A stretch of DNA of 64,000 bases from a bacterium (GTDB lineage Bacteria; Vulcanimicrobiota; Vulcanimicrobiia; Vulcanimicrobiales; Vulcanimicrobiaceae): positions 91,142-155,141 of the forward strand of contig JAJYFL010000004.1 of the NCBI GenBank assembly GCA_021790935.1, read 5' to 3'. A model generated the notes under the pieces. The model worked only from the letters and a program-made list of their open reading frames with translations, did no database searches and was not told where the DNA came from. Position numbers and translations under genes: made by a program. Within the stretch, counting starts at the first letter, position 1, and the number at the start of each line of letters is the position of its first letter. Positions 8,815 to 17,851 of this stretch are shown here, in pieces.

Positions 8815-8896
8815 CGCATAGTGCTTGTGAATGCCGAGGGGCGCTCCCTTCCGGGAACGCCCCTCGTAGTGCGGGCTGCGCGTAACCTACGACAGG

Positions 8897-9637
8897 CTAG
8901 CTGTTCGGGTCGAACGTCGCTCTAAAGAGATAGGTTCCCGTCGTTGGTTTACAGGCGACGATCTTGGGCGCGTAGGTCGATTGCCGCGCGGCCGAGAGCG
9001 CGGAATGATCGATGGCCATATTGTCGGAGCTCTGATCGATCTTCGCGTGGACGAGATTCCCAGACGGCCCGATGGTCACGGCGATGAGCACCGTAACGGT
9101 TCCGAGCCCCAGATTGCGAGCGCTATCCGGGTAGTTCGGGGCAACGGGCTGGACGACGGTTGCGTCCTGGTAGGGCACCTTGCAGGCCGGCGGCGTCGCG
9201 GTCGGCGGCGGCGCGGGGGGAGCCGGCGAGTTGGTCGCCTGTCCATTCGGGACGCCGTTCTCACTACCGTTCTTGGGCGGAACGTACGCCGGCTGGCTCG
9301 GCGAGTTCGCGCTGTTGCTCGTCGTCTTGGGGACGTTGAGCTTCAACTTCGGCGGCGCCTTCTGCTGTTGGTGCGGCGGCGGCGTTGCCTGCGGCGGCGG
9401 CGTCGGGGTCGGCGGTGGTGTCGGGGTCGGCGGCGGCGGCGTCGGCGCCTTCACCTGGATCTTCTTGGTGACCGAAACCTTTTCGACCGTCTGCTTCGAG
9501 TGCTGCTGCGTGAGCACCGGAAAGATCGGCGAGAGCACGAGGTGAATCACGATCGAGATCACGAAGGCCCAGCCCAGGAAGTTACCTACGCGCTCGCCCG
9601 TCGTGATGAAGGGCGAATCGTTTTTCTTATCTGCCAT
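8897..9637 (-). CDS. tonB: Energy transducer TonB (paralog 2, long Pro-rich linker)
   Basis: TM anchor, TPPPPTPTPPPTPTPPP linker and a TonB_C-like C-terminus. It lies adjacent to exbD and exbB. Confidence 0.7.
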   Translation of the reverse strand: MADKKNDSPFITTGERVGNFLGWAFVISIVIHLVLSPIFPVLTQQHSKQTVEKVSVTKKIQVKAPTPPPPTPTPPPTPTPPPQATPPPHQQQKAPPKLKLNVPKTTSNSANSPSQPAYVPPKNGSENGVPNGQATNSPAPPAPPPTATPPACKVPYQDATVVQPVAPNYPDSARNLGLGTVTVLIAVTIGPSGNLVHAKIDQSSDNMAIDHSALSAARQSTYAPKIVACKPTTGTYLFRATFDPNS

Positions 9638-9640
9638 CGC

Positions 9641-10054
9641 TTAGGTCTTGCTTCCCTGTATGTGGTTCGCCAGGCCGAACTCCGTGAGGTTGACCGATTT
9701 GGCGGCGTCCATCACCTGCAACACGATGCCGTAGTAGGCTTTCGGGTCGGCTTTGATGATAACGCTCTTGAAGTTGTTACCAGTTTGATTCTGAAGCGCC
9801 TGAAACGCGGCGTGGGCTTGTTGAATAGTCACGACGGTCGAACCGATTTGTATGTTGTTCTTGGCGTCGATGATCACGACGATCTGCGACGGCACGACTT
9901 TATCCCGGTTCATCGCGCTAGGCAGCGGCGGTTCTTTCGTAACCGCGGCGAGAATGATGAAGATGATCAGCAAGACCAGCAGCACATCCGTGAACGGCGT
10001 GATGTTGATCGTCGACATGACCTCTTCTTCGCCTGGACCTGTTGAAACGGCCAC
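9641..10054 (-). CDS. exbD: Biopolymer transport protein ExbD/TolR
   Basis: INITPFTDVLLVLLIIF N-terminal signature. Confidence 0.85.
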   Translation of the reverse strand: MAVSTGPGEEEVMSTINITPFTDVLLVLLIIFIILAAVTKEPPLPSAMNRDKVVPSQIVVIIDAKNNIQIGSTVVTIQQAHAAFQALQNQTGNNFKSVIIKADPKAYYGIVLQVMDAAKSVNLTEFGLANHIQGSKT

Positions 10055-10075
10055 GAGTAGCTCAAACCTCCACTG

Positions 10076-10486
10076 CTAAGACGTTACGAAACCGACGTTG
10101 TCCAACCCGGCGATCTTGGCCGCATCGAGGATGCGGATAATGATGCCGTACGGAGCCTTGGCATCGGCAATGATGGATACGTGCTTGTTTCCACGTTTCG
10201 CACGCACCTGGGCCATGACCGCGTATACACCCTGTGCGTTGGTCTTATGGCTATCGACGAAGATGACGCCCTTGTCGTTGACCTGAACCTGAATATCGTT
10301 GTGGTTGATATTTTGCTGACTCTGGTTCGGGTTGCTGTTAGGAAGCTCTTTTTCGAACCCCGGAGGCGTGACGATCGCAGCCAAGATCATGAAGATGATG
10401 AGCAGCACCAGCAGCACGTCCGTAAACGGCGTGATGTTGATCTCGGCCATCACGTCTTCGTTTTGTTTTGCCGATAGGAGTCCCAC
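10076..10486 (-). CDS. exbD: Biopolymer transport protein ExbD/TolR (second copy)
   Basis: EINITPFTDVLLVLLIIFMIL signature. Confidence 0.85.
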   Translation of the reverse strand: MGLLSAKQNEDVMAEINITPFTDVLLVLLIIFMILAAIVTPPGFEKELPNSNPNQSQQNINHNDIQVQVNDKGVIFVDSHKTNAQGVYAVMAQVRAKRGNKHVSIIADAKAPYGIIIRILDAAKIAGLDNVGFVTS

Positions 10487-10507
10487 GGAACCCTCTCTAG
10501 CGCCGCG

Positions 10508-11167
10508 CTACTTGCCGGCCGGTGCGGGCTTGCCGGGCGACGGCTGATACAGGTCCGTCGGAATCGGCGCGCCGGTGTTATGGAAGTGCAGCATCTCGGC
10601 GAGCTGGTTCGCGGCCACGATCATCTCCTGGTTGTACGTCTTGATTCGCGTCTTGAAGTAGTTGAAGAAGATGACCGAGGTGATGGCGACGATGAGACCC
10701 GCAAAGGTCGTGATCAACGCCTCCGAAACGCCTGCGGCCACGACGGCCGGCGTCGAGTTCCCCTTGAGGGCGATATCCTGGAACGCGCGTATGATGCCGA
10801 GCACGGTGCCCGAAAGGCCGACGAACGGCGCGATGACCGCGATCGTGCCTATGACGCCGAGATTGCGCTCGAGCGCGTTCAAGTGCTCCATCAGGGCGAT
10901 CGAAAGCGCGTCGGTGATGTCCGCGCGGTTTTTCTCCCCACGCAGCAGCCCGAACTCAAGGATACGCGGCAGCATGCCCTTGTTCTGCGCGCAGACCTTT
11001 CTGGCGCCCTCTATGTCGTCCTGCGATATTTTGGCGCCAATTTGGCGGAGCAGGCCTTTGGTGTCGCCGTGCTGCGCCGAAAAGAAGACCAGGCGTTCGA
11101 TGACGATCGCGACGGCGACGATGGAACAGATGAGCAGCAACCACATGGCGAAGCCGCCCCGATCCAT
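10508..11167 (-). CDS. exbB: MotA/TolQ/ExbB proton channel
   Basis: MotA/TolQ/ExbB family membrane protein. The start is placed at internal Met45 (a later Met at 11146 is also possible). Confidence 0.8.
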   Translation of the reverse strand: MDRGGFAMWLLLICSIVAVAIVIERLVFFSAQHGDTKGLLRQIGAKISQDDIEGARKVCAQNKGMLPRILEFGLLRGEKNRADITDALSIALMEHLNALERNLGVIGTIAVIAPFVGLSGTVLGIIRAFQDIALKGNSTPAVVAAGVSEALITTFAGLIVAITSVIFFNYFKTRIKTYNQEMIVAANQLAEMLHFHNTGAPIPTDLYQPSPGKPAPAGK

Positions 11168-11340
11168 CACGCTAATGAAACCGCTGAAAATCCACACTAT
11201 ATCTCCGACCCCTCCCACGTATGGGAACGTGTGTGCGCTAAGACAGTACAAAGTATTGGGGGCAAGGCCCCCATCCGTGCAGGCCGACCATTGGCCCACA
11301 CTGAGGGAAAATCCTCGTCCGAATCCCGCCGATTCGAAAT

Positions 11341-12672
11341 TTACTTGAACGTGCTCTTAATAAAGTTTTCTATCTGCAAAGAAAGGCTTGTGTTCCCCGC
11401 CGCTTTAGCGAGCGTATCCGCCTTGGCGAGCGCGGCCATCGACTGCTTCTTTAGGTCGGGGTTCGACCTGCCGGCGGTCGCCCACTCGCCGGCGAGCGCG
11501 ACGCCCTCGGCAAAGTTGGCCAACGGATCGTCTGCCTTCGCAGCGAGGGCCTTATCGGCGTACCCCTTCATCTTCGTGTAGTTGGGCGTGGACCTGTTGC
11601 TCTCTTGAAACGCCGCTTGCGTATAGGCTGTGACCACTACCACGGGGTCACCTACCTCAGCCGCCTGTTCGAAGTACGCGATCGCGCCGTCGTGCTTCTT
11701 GGCCTTGCCCGCCGCGATCCCCAGCTCCAAGTAATGGTTGCCCAGAACGCGCGCGGCCGCGGTGCTCGAAGGGTCGAGCCGTTTCATCTCGTCGGTCGTG
11801 CCGGTAGCGTCGGCCATATCGCCGGCCTTGAGGTACGCCGCCAGCAGCGAGGTATCGATGATGACCTTGGTGCGCGTGCTCGTCTTGCTGTTCGCAAACG
11901 CGCTCGAGCGCGCTCGTTTCAGGTCGGCGACGGCGGCGGCCGCATCGCCGGCGTCGTACTCCGAAGTCCCCAGCGCATAATATGAATTGCCGCTCGGGTC
12001 GAGCGCCACGGCCTTCTTGCCCCAGGCAACCGCCTGGGCGGGGTCGTCGTTCTCGGTCTTAACGGCGGCCAGGGCGTACGCGTGGGCCGCCACCTGCCGG
12101 TATTCTTTCAGAAGCGTCGGGGATTTATCGAAGGCCGCCGCGGCGCCCGCATAGTCGTTCAGAAAAAAGTCCGCCGCGCCAAGCTCCTGTTGCGCGACCG
12201 CATCGCTCGGGTTGAGTGCGAGATACGCGGTCACCTTTGCCTGCGCTCCGGTGTAGTTGCCCGCGCGTATCATGCGCCCGATCTGAGCGGTGGGGCCCGA
12301 TTCACCGGCAATGACGCTGCTCGCTACCGCCTTACCGGTAAACTTGAGGGTGAAATCGTAGAACGCCGTCGTCGGTTTATTACCGCGCGTGCCGACGCGG
12401 TAGGCCGAATTCTTCGCGATGTCGATGGCGGCGGCATCGTCGGCGCGGTTGCTGGTGCGGAGGACGCGCATGACCTCGTGCGTGCCGTTGGCGTTGACCC
12501 GCACTTGGACGACGACGGTTCCGGTCCCGGCGATCGCCTTGGTCGTCGTTCCCTGCCGCAGCAACTTCGGCGGCGTATACTGATTGGAATATTGTGCCGA
12601 AGCCCTCGCGCCGAAGAGTGCGGCGACGGCGAGCGTACAGACGGCGGCGGCCAAGCGTTTGGTGCGGGTCAT
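11341..12672 (-). CDS. Secreted TonB_C-like domain plus TPR-repeat protein
   Basis: Signal peptide, an N-terminal TonB_C-like segment (TGTVVVQVRVNANGTHEV...AFYDFTLKF) and a long Ala-rich TPR-like region. Confidence 0.55.
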   Translation of the reverse strand: MTRTKRLAAAVCTLAVAALFGARASAQYSNQYTPPKLLRQGTTTKAIAGTGTVVVQVRVNANGTHEVMRVLRTSNRADDAAAIDIAKNSAYRVGTRGNKPTTAFYDFTLKFTGKAVASSVIAGESGPTAQIGRMIRAGNYTGAQAKVTAYLALNPSDAVAQQELGAADFFLNDYAGAAAAFDKSPTLLKEYRQVAAHAYALAAVKTENDDPAQAVAWGKKAVALDPSGNSYYALGTSEYDAGDAAAAVADLKRARSSAFANSKTSTRTKVIIDTSLLAAYLKAGDMADATGTTDEMKRLDPSSTAAARVLGNHYLELGIAAGKAKKHDGAIAYFEQAAEVGDPVVVVTAYTQAAFQESNRSTPNYTKMKGYADKALAAKADDPLANFAEGVALAGEWATAGRSNPDLKKQSMAALAKADTLAKAAGNTSLSLQIENFIKSTFK

Positions 12673-12731
12673 GCGGGTGTTGACTACCTCGTATTGTGGT
12701 GCGGTGCGATTCGTGGATTACCCAGCGGGAT

Positions 12732-12897
12732 TAGGAGGCTGTCGGAGTTGAGCCGTTTTCGGATTTGGTGCCGAATTTTGTTCGGAGACGAGGCGCGAAG
12801 AAGGAGCGAAGCCGTAGCTTCGTGACTGATGAGCAACGAAGTATTCGGACGAAAGGCGGCCCAAAGACGGAAACGGCTCAACTCCGACAGCCTCCTA
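12732..12897. repeat. MITE-like ~166-bp element, copy 2
   Basis: TAGGAGGCTGTCGGAGTTGAGCCG ... CGGCTCAACTCCGACAGCCTCCTA forms a perfect 24-bp terminal inverted repeat. Its terminal CTA (12895-12897) is the TAG stop of aroF on the minus strand. Confidence 0.85.
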
Positions 12898-13749
12898 GGC
12901 AACGAGACTGGCGGCTGGAAGGTTGCGCCCCACGGCGCGTGCGACGACGGGCAGACGCAGCATCAGCAGCGCAAACTCCTCGAACCCGAGCGATTGCTGC
13001 CCATCGGAGGCGGCGGCGGCCGGGTCGGGGTGGACTTCTACGAGCAGCCCGTCGGCCCCGGCCGCGACGGCCGCGAACGCCATCGGCTCGACCAGCCGGG
13101 CGATGCCCGTTCCGTGGGAGGGATCGACCACAACCGGGAGATGCGTCAGCTGGTGCAGCAGCGGAACGACGGCCAGGTCGAGCAGATTCCGGGTAGCAGC
13201 ATCGAAGGAACGCACCCCTCGCTCGCAGAGCACCACCTGGTCGTTCCCGGCGAGCAAGAGGTATTCGGCGGCCATCAACCACTCGTCGACCGTTGCCGAG
13301 AGCCCGCGTTTGAGAAGCACCGGTTTCCCGGCTTCGCCCACCTCACGCAGCAGGCTGAAGTTTTGCATGCTGCGCGCACCGATCTGCAGCATATCCGCAT
13401 GGGCGGCGACCAGTTCGACGTCGCGCGGGTCCAGGACTTCGGTCACGACGCCGAGCCCGTTGCGATCGGCCGCATCGCGCAGCAGGCGCAGACCCTCGGC
13501 ACCCAATCCCTGGAAGGTGTAGGGCGACGTTCTCGGTTTGAAGGCGCCGCCGCGCAGCACGTTGGCACCGGCAGACGCAACGGCCTTCGCCGTCGCCTCT
13601 ATTTGGTCGCGGCTCTCGACGCTGCACGGACCGGCGCAGATCGCGAGGACGTCGCCGCCGAAAGTCGCCCCGGAGGCCAAGCGCACGAGCGTACCGAGCG
13701 GCCGGGCATCGCGGTGGACGAGGGCATAGGAACCGGAGGGAGAGGTCAC
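12895..13749 (-). CDS. aroF: 3-deoxy-7-phosphoheptulonate (DAHP) synthase, class I-beta short form
   Basis: Strong match to the AroA(G)/KDOPS-like DAHPS core (CAGPCSVES, LRGGAFKPRTSPY, VVDPSH, MVEVHPDP). Confidence 0.85.
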   Translation of the reverse strand: MTSPSGSYALVHRDARPLGTLVRLASGATFGGDVLAICAGPCSVESRDQIEATAKAVASAGANVLRGGAFKPRTSPYTFQGLGAEGLRLLRDAADRNGLGVVTEVLDPRDVELVAAHADMLQIGARSMQNFSLLREVGEAGKPVLLKRGLSATVDEWLMAAEYLLLAGNDQVVLCERGVRSFDAATRNLLDLAVVPLLHQLTHLPVVVDPSHGTGIARLVEPMAFAAVAAGADGLLVEVHPDPAAAASDGQQSLGFEEFALLMLRLPVVARAVGRNLPAASLVA

Positions 13750-14486
13750 GCGAGCGCGCGCAGTGCCGCGAGCTCGCGCTCGCTCGGCGGGCGAGTGGCC
13801 CCTGGCGGCAGATCGCCTAAGCGAATCGGGCCGAAGCGCAGACGCACGAGGGCCTGGACGCTATGGCCGACGGCCTCGAACATGCGCCGCACTTGCCGGT
13901 TCTTGCCTTCGTGCACCGTGATGTCGACAACGGAGGTCTCACGCCGCACCGCGACCACGCGCAGCTGAGCGCCTGCGGCACGGAACTCTTCAAGATGCAC
14001 GCCGCTGCGCAATCGTTCTATCTCAGCGGGCAAAAGGCGTCCTTTGAGGAGCGCTCGATACGTTTTGTCGACCCCGTAGCGAGGGTGGGTCAGGCGGTTC
14101 GCGAGTTCGCCGTCGTTGGTGAGCAGCAGTACGCCCGAGGTATCGAAGTCCAGCCGTCCGACCGGCACGATGCGCGGCAGCCCCTTCGGGATGAGATCGG
14201 CGACGGTGCGCCGCCCTTGAGGATCGCGCATCGTCGTCATCACGCCGGCCGGTTTGTGCAAGACCAGATACGTCGTCTCCAGGTGTAAGACGACCGGCGC
14301 CCCGCTGACGTCGACGCGGTCGCCAACCGCAACGCTGGTGCCCATCTCGCGCACGACGCAGCCGTTCACGCGCACCTTCCCGCGAACGATGAGATCTTCG
14401 GCAGCGCGCCGCGAAGCGATCCCCGCATGCGCGAGATACTTCTGCAGCCGCATCGCGGTCGCGTCCGCCGCGTTCGCCTCTTTCAT
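13746..14486 (-). CDS. Pseudouridine synthase (RsuA/RluB family, S4 domain)
   Basis: The S4 region (LQKYLAHAGIASRR) is followed by a catalytic RLDFDTSGVLLLTNDGE motif. The start is placed at Met122, which overlaps the upstream stop (ATGA). Confidence 0.8.
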   Translation of the reverse strand: MKEANAADATAMRLQKYLAHAGIASRRAAEDLIVRGKVRVNGCVVREMGTSVAVGDRVDVSGAPVVLHLETTYLVLHKPAGVMTTMRDPQGRRTVADLIPKGLPRIVPVGRLDFDTSGVLLLTNDGELANRLTHPRYGVDKTYRALLKGRLLPAEIERLRSGVHLEEFRAAGAQLRVVAVRRETSVVDITVHEGKNRQVRRMFEAVGHSVQALVRLRFGPIRLGDLPPGATRPPSERELAALRALA

Positions 14487-15013
14487 CGGATCTTTGCGAA
14501 AACCATCAGATCGTAAATCTCGCCGTTCTTTACGACGGCCCTGCGCATCACGCCCTCCCGCTCGTAGCCCACCTTTTCGAGCACGCGCTGCGACGCCGTA
14601 TTGGGGTGCATGACGACCGACGAGATGCGCTCGAGCCCATGGGTTGCGAACGCGTAATCCGTCAGCGCGCGCAGGGCGGCAGAGGCGATGCCGCGCCCCC
14701 AATGCGGTTCCGCAATCCAATAGCCGACTTCGGCAGTTGTTCGTTCTTCGCGGTCGTGCAAAATGAAACCGGCACCCCCGATCGGTACGTCGTCGATCGT
14801 AACGGCAAAGTGAGTCTGCGGGTCGGAAGATTCGTTGATCTCGATCCACGCACGCGCGTCGTCGAGCGTATACGGATGCGGGAATCGATCTCGCAAGTAT
14901 CGCGCCACGTTGGGGTTATCCGCCGCCCGCACGAGCGCCGACTCGTCGCCCCTACGCCACGGCCGCAGCCGGCAGATCCCGCAATCCAAGACCATTACGA
15001 AACCTCCATCCAA
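14483..15013 (-). CDS. GNAT family N-acetyltransferase (RimJ/RimL-like)
   Basis: The 176-aa ORF has a GNAT fold signature (AEVGYWIAEPHWGRGIASAAL). Confidence 0.75.
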   Translation of the reverse strand: MDGGFVMVLDCGICRLRPWRRGDESALVRAADNPNVARYLRDRFPHPYTLDDARAWIEINESSDPQTHFAVTIDDVPIGGAGFILHDREERTTAEVGYWIAEPHWGRGIASAALRALTDYAFATHGLERISSVVMHPNTASQRVLEKVGYEREGVMRRAVVKNGEIYDLMVFAKIR

Positions 15014-15083
15014 CTCGTACCGAGCCGCCCGGCCCGCACGACGCGTCGCCGCGAAATGTGCGAACTACTGAAACTTCGCTCAA

Positions 15084-15115
15084 GTCTGAGGGCCACATGG
15101 ATGTGGCCCTCAGAC
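15084..15115 (-). terminator. Perfect 15-bp inverted repeat hairpin downstream of rho
   Basis: GTCTGAGGGCCACAT-GG-ATGTGGCCCTCAGAC lies between the rho stop and the next gene. No strong U-tract follows. Confidence 0.4.
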
Positions 15116-15162
15116 GTCTTCGCGGCGACGCGTCGTGCGGGCCGGGCGGCGACGTATGAGTA

Positions 15163-16455
15163 CTAGTACTTTCCGCTGCCTTCTTCGTACCCGCGCGAGA
15201 GCGAGAGCGCCTCTTTGGTAACCGTCTGGAGGAATTCGTCGTTGGTGCGAGTCTGCGCCATCTTGTCGAGAATGATCTCGGTGATGTCGCCCGTGTTGAG
15301 CACCGATGTCGCACGGCGGAGCATCCAGATCTTGCGCATCTCGTCGGGCGTGAGCAGCAGCTCTTCGTGGCGCGTTCCGGAACGCTTGATGTCGATGGCC
15401 GGAAAGACGCGCGACTCGGCCAATTTGCGCGTGAGGTTGAGCTCCATGTTTCCGGTGCCTTTGAACTCTTCGAAGATCACGTCGTCCATCTTCGACCCGG
15501 TCTCGACCAAGGCCGTAGCGATGATCGTGAGCGAGCCGCCCTCCTCGATCTTTCTCGCTGCGCCGAAGAAGCGTTTCGGCTTGTGCAGCGAGGCGGTGTC
15601 GAGGCCGCCCGAGAGGGTACGGCCCGAGGTCGGTATCACCTGGTTGTAGGCGCGCGCGAGGCGCGTGATCGAGTCGAGCAGGATCACCACGTCCTTACCG
15701 AGCTCCACCAGGCGTTTGGCGCGTTCCATCGCGAGTTCCGCCACGGCCGTGTGATTCTCAGGATGCTCGTCGAACGTCGAGGCGACGACCTCGCCGTCGA
15801 CCGTGCGCTGCATGTCGGTGACTTCTTCCGGGCGCTCGTCGACGAGCAATGCGATGATGTGGGCGTCGGGGTGGTTGATCGATATCGAGTTCGCGATGTT
15901 CTTCAGCAGCGTCGTCTTGCCGGCTTTCGGCGGAGAGACGATGAGCGCGCGCTGGCCCTTGCCGATCGGGCAGAACAGATCGATGACGCGCGTCGAGAGC
16001 TGCGTAGAGCGCACCTCGAGTTTGAAGCGCTCCTGCGGGTAGATCGGCGTGCCCTTTTCGAAGAGCGGTCTTCCCTTGATCGCTTCGGGATTCAAGCCGT
16101 TGACCGAGTCCACGCGAATCAGCCCGAAGTATTTCTCGCTCTCTTTGGGCCGGCGAACCTGGCCGTCGACGAGATCGCCACGCCGGAGTTCGAAGCGGCG
16201 GATCTGCGTCTGGCTCACGTAGATGTCGTCGGGGCCGATCACGTAGCCGTCTCGGCGCAGGAAGCCATAGCCTTCGGGCAGGACGTCGAGCACGCCGTTG
16301 GCGGTTTCGATACCCGAGCGCGCCGCCTGTATCTCGAGAATCTTCGCGATCAGCTCGTCCTTCTTGAGTTTGACGGGCGTCGCCACGTCGAACTCTTTGG
16401 AGATCTCGTTGAGCTCGGTTTTTGTCTTCTCGGCGAGCTGCTGGGTGGTAAGCAT
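15163..16455 (-). CDS. rho: Transcription termination factor Rho
   Basis: Rho N-terminal and RNA-binding domains and a RecA-like ATPase (Walker A PPKAGKTTLL) are present. The start is chosen at Met94 (MLTTQQLAEK). The track ORF extends in frame to 16734 through an Arg-rich segment. Confidence 0.9.
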   Translation of the reverse strand: MLTTQQLAEKTKTELNEISKEFDVATPVKLKKDELIAKILEIQAARSGIETANGVLDVLPEGYGFLRRDGYVIGPDDIYVSQTQIRRFELRRGDLVDGQVRRPKESEKYFGLIRVDSVNGLNPEAIKGRPLFEKGTPIYPQERFKLEVRSTQLSTRVIDLFCPIGKGQRALIVSPPKAGKTTLLKNIANSISINHPDAHIIALLVDERPEEVTDMQRTVDGEVVASTFDEHPENHTAVAELAMERAKRLVELGKDVVILLDSITRLARAYNQVIPTSGRTLSGGLDTASLHKPKRFFGAARKIEEGGSLTIIATALVETGSKMDDVIFEEFKGTGNMELNLTRKLAESRVFPAIDIKRSGTRHEELLLTPDEMRKIWMLRRATSVLNTGDITEIILDKMAQTRTNDEFLQTVTKEALSLSRGYEEGSGKY

Positions 16456-16758
16456 CGGCGGTCCCGATGCTTCCGCCTGTGGGAACTGCTCGTTATGCGG
16501 ATGCTGTCCGAAGGGTTGCCGGTGGCGTCGCGAACGCCGGCGCCGGCCGCCGTTCTGGGGCCGGTTGTTGTCGTTGGGGCGATTGTCGAGTTGCAGCGGA
16601 GTATCTCTCTCGTCAGAGTCGCGCACGTCTGGTAACCAAAACGCACCGGCGGGGATGCCTGTCGTTAAGCAATGACGCGGCGCTGGGGAACGTAAGTGTC
16701 GCGGAAGTCGATCGACTGCCTCGCGACGAGGCAACTATAGCATAGCGCTCACCGACTA

Positions 16759-17367
16759 TCAAGCCGTCGACAGCGCTTTGCGTCCGCTGACGAACGGATT
16801 CCCTACCTCGTAGAATCGCAGAGCCCGGTCCGCAGCCTTACTGATGCCGATCCGCACGCTCCGGCCGACGCTCGCGCGGCCCGCCGGTGCCGCGAGCCAA
16901 AGCCGGTCGCCCAGGAGCAGGTCGGAGCCGTCGAAGCTCGCATCGATCGCCAGCGCCTGGCAGAGTCGCCCGGGCCCGCGGCAGAGATCGCGCTCCGCGT
17001 CGATCCCGCGCCGGCGCCGCATGAGATCGTGCCCCACGATCGGTGCCAGCGCGCGTATCAGAATGGCCGCGCCGACGCACTCGGCTTCGCTCGTAACGTT
17101 CGCGCACGTCGCCACCCCATATATCTTATATATGTAAGCACGGTGGGGCGGGAGGAACATCGACGCGTTGCGCTTGGTCTTGCCGCAATAGGCGTGAGAG
17201 GCCGGATCGCCGATCCCGTACGCCTCGGTCTCGACGATTCGTCCTGCCGCACGGCCGTCCGAAGAGTCACGCACGAGCGCGCAGCCGATCAGCGCCTCCG
17301 CCAGAGCGGCCGTATCGACCGGCAGGCTCCCCGGTCGCAGCCGGCGCAGCGGTACATCGAGGTTCAC
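16759..17367 (-). CDS. mpg: DNA-3-methyladenine glycosylase (MPG/AAG family)
   Basis: GRIVETEAYGIGDPASHAYCGKTKRNASMF...YIYKIYG is the MPG signature. A GTG start overlaps the upstream stop (GTGA). Confidence 0.8.
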   Translation of the reverse strand: MNLDVPLRRLRPGSLPVDTAALAEALIGCALVRDSSDGRAAGRIVETEAYGIGDPASHAYCGKTKRNASMFLPPHRAYIYKIYGVATCANVTSEAECVGAAILIRALAPIVGHDLMRRRRGIDAERDLCRGPGRLCQALAIDASFDGSDLLLGDRLWLAAPAGRASVGRSVRIGISKAADRALRFYEVGNPFVSGRKALSTA

Positions 17368-17810
17368 GCCGCGACGTGCAGCGCCGCTTCCGCCTTTGCC
17401 CGAGCCGTCAGGTCTCTGGCGTCGTTGCCCGCATCGACCTCGATCGCTACCTCGCGCAGCTGGTTGAGCGCGCACCCGAGGCGAACGTAGGCCATCGAGA
17501 GCGCCTGCGGCACGGACCGGCGTTCGCGTAGATCCTCGACGACGCGCCCATCTTCCAGCGAGAGGCGGACTCGGTCGACGCCGCGTTCGTGGAGGCGCGC
17601 GGCGACGGCCGTCAGCGCCGCATACCCTATCTCACGCTCCAGGAGCGCCGGACATCGCTTCACCGGAAACGGGATCCGCAGCAGCCGCCCACGGCTATTG
17701 CCCTCAGGATGCGCGAGGGTCAAACGCACATACGCGACGCCGTGACCTTGCTCGTCTGCCGCGAAGCCGATCGTCGCCGCCAGCGGGGGAGTCGTCGTCT
17801 GTTTTCCCAT
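17364..17810 (-). CDS. Hypothetical protein (148 aa)
   Basis: Met228 of the long track ORF. The upstream part of that ORF overlaps the glycosyltransferase in another frame. Confidence 0.4.
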   Translation of the reverse strand: MGKQTTTPPLAATIGFAADEQGHGVAYVRLTLAHPEGNSRGRLLRIPFPVKRCPALLEREIGYAALTAVAARLHERGVDRVRLSLEDGRVVEDLRERRSVPQALSMAYVRLGCALNQLREVAIEVDAGNDARDLTARAKAEAALHVAA

Positions 17811-17851
17811 GGTAGCCACGTACCCATTGTATAATCGAACGTATGTTCGCG

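Noticed and set aside
9180-9480. Short tandem nucleotide repeats (GGCGGCGGCGTCGGGGTCGGCGG...) resembling an array
   Set aside because: They encode the TPPPPTPTPPPTPTPPP linker of TonB on the minus strand. They are not CRISPR or VNTR elements.
16456-16734. Arg-rich in-frame N-terminal extension of Rho (NRPNDNNRPQNGGRRRRSRRHRQ...)
   Set aside because: Some high-GC bacteria have Arg-rich Rho insertions, but those lie inside the N-terminal domain, not before the first helix. Here the canonical Rho N-terminus begins at Met94, so the upstream open frame is more likely noncoding.
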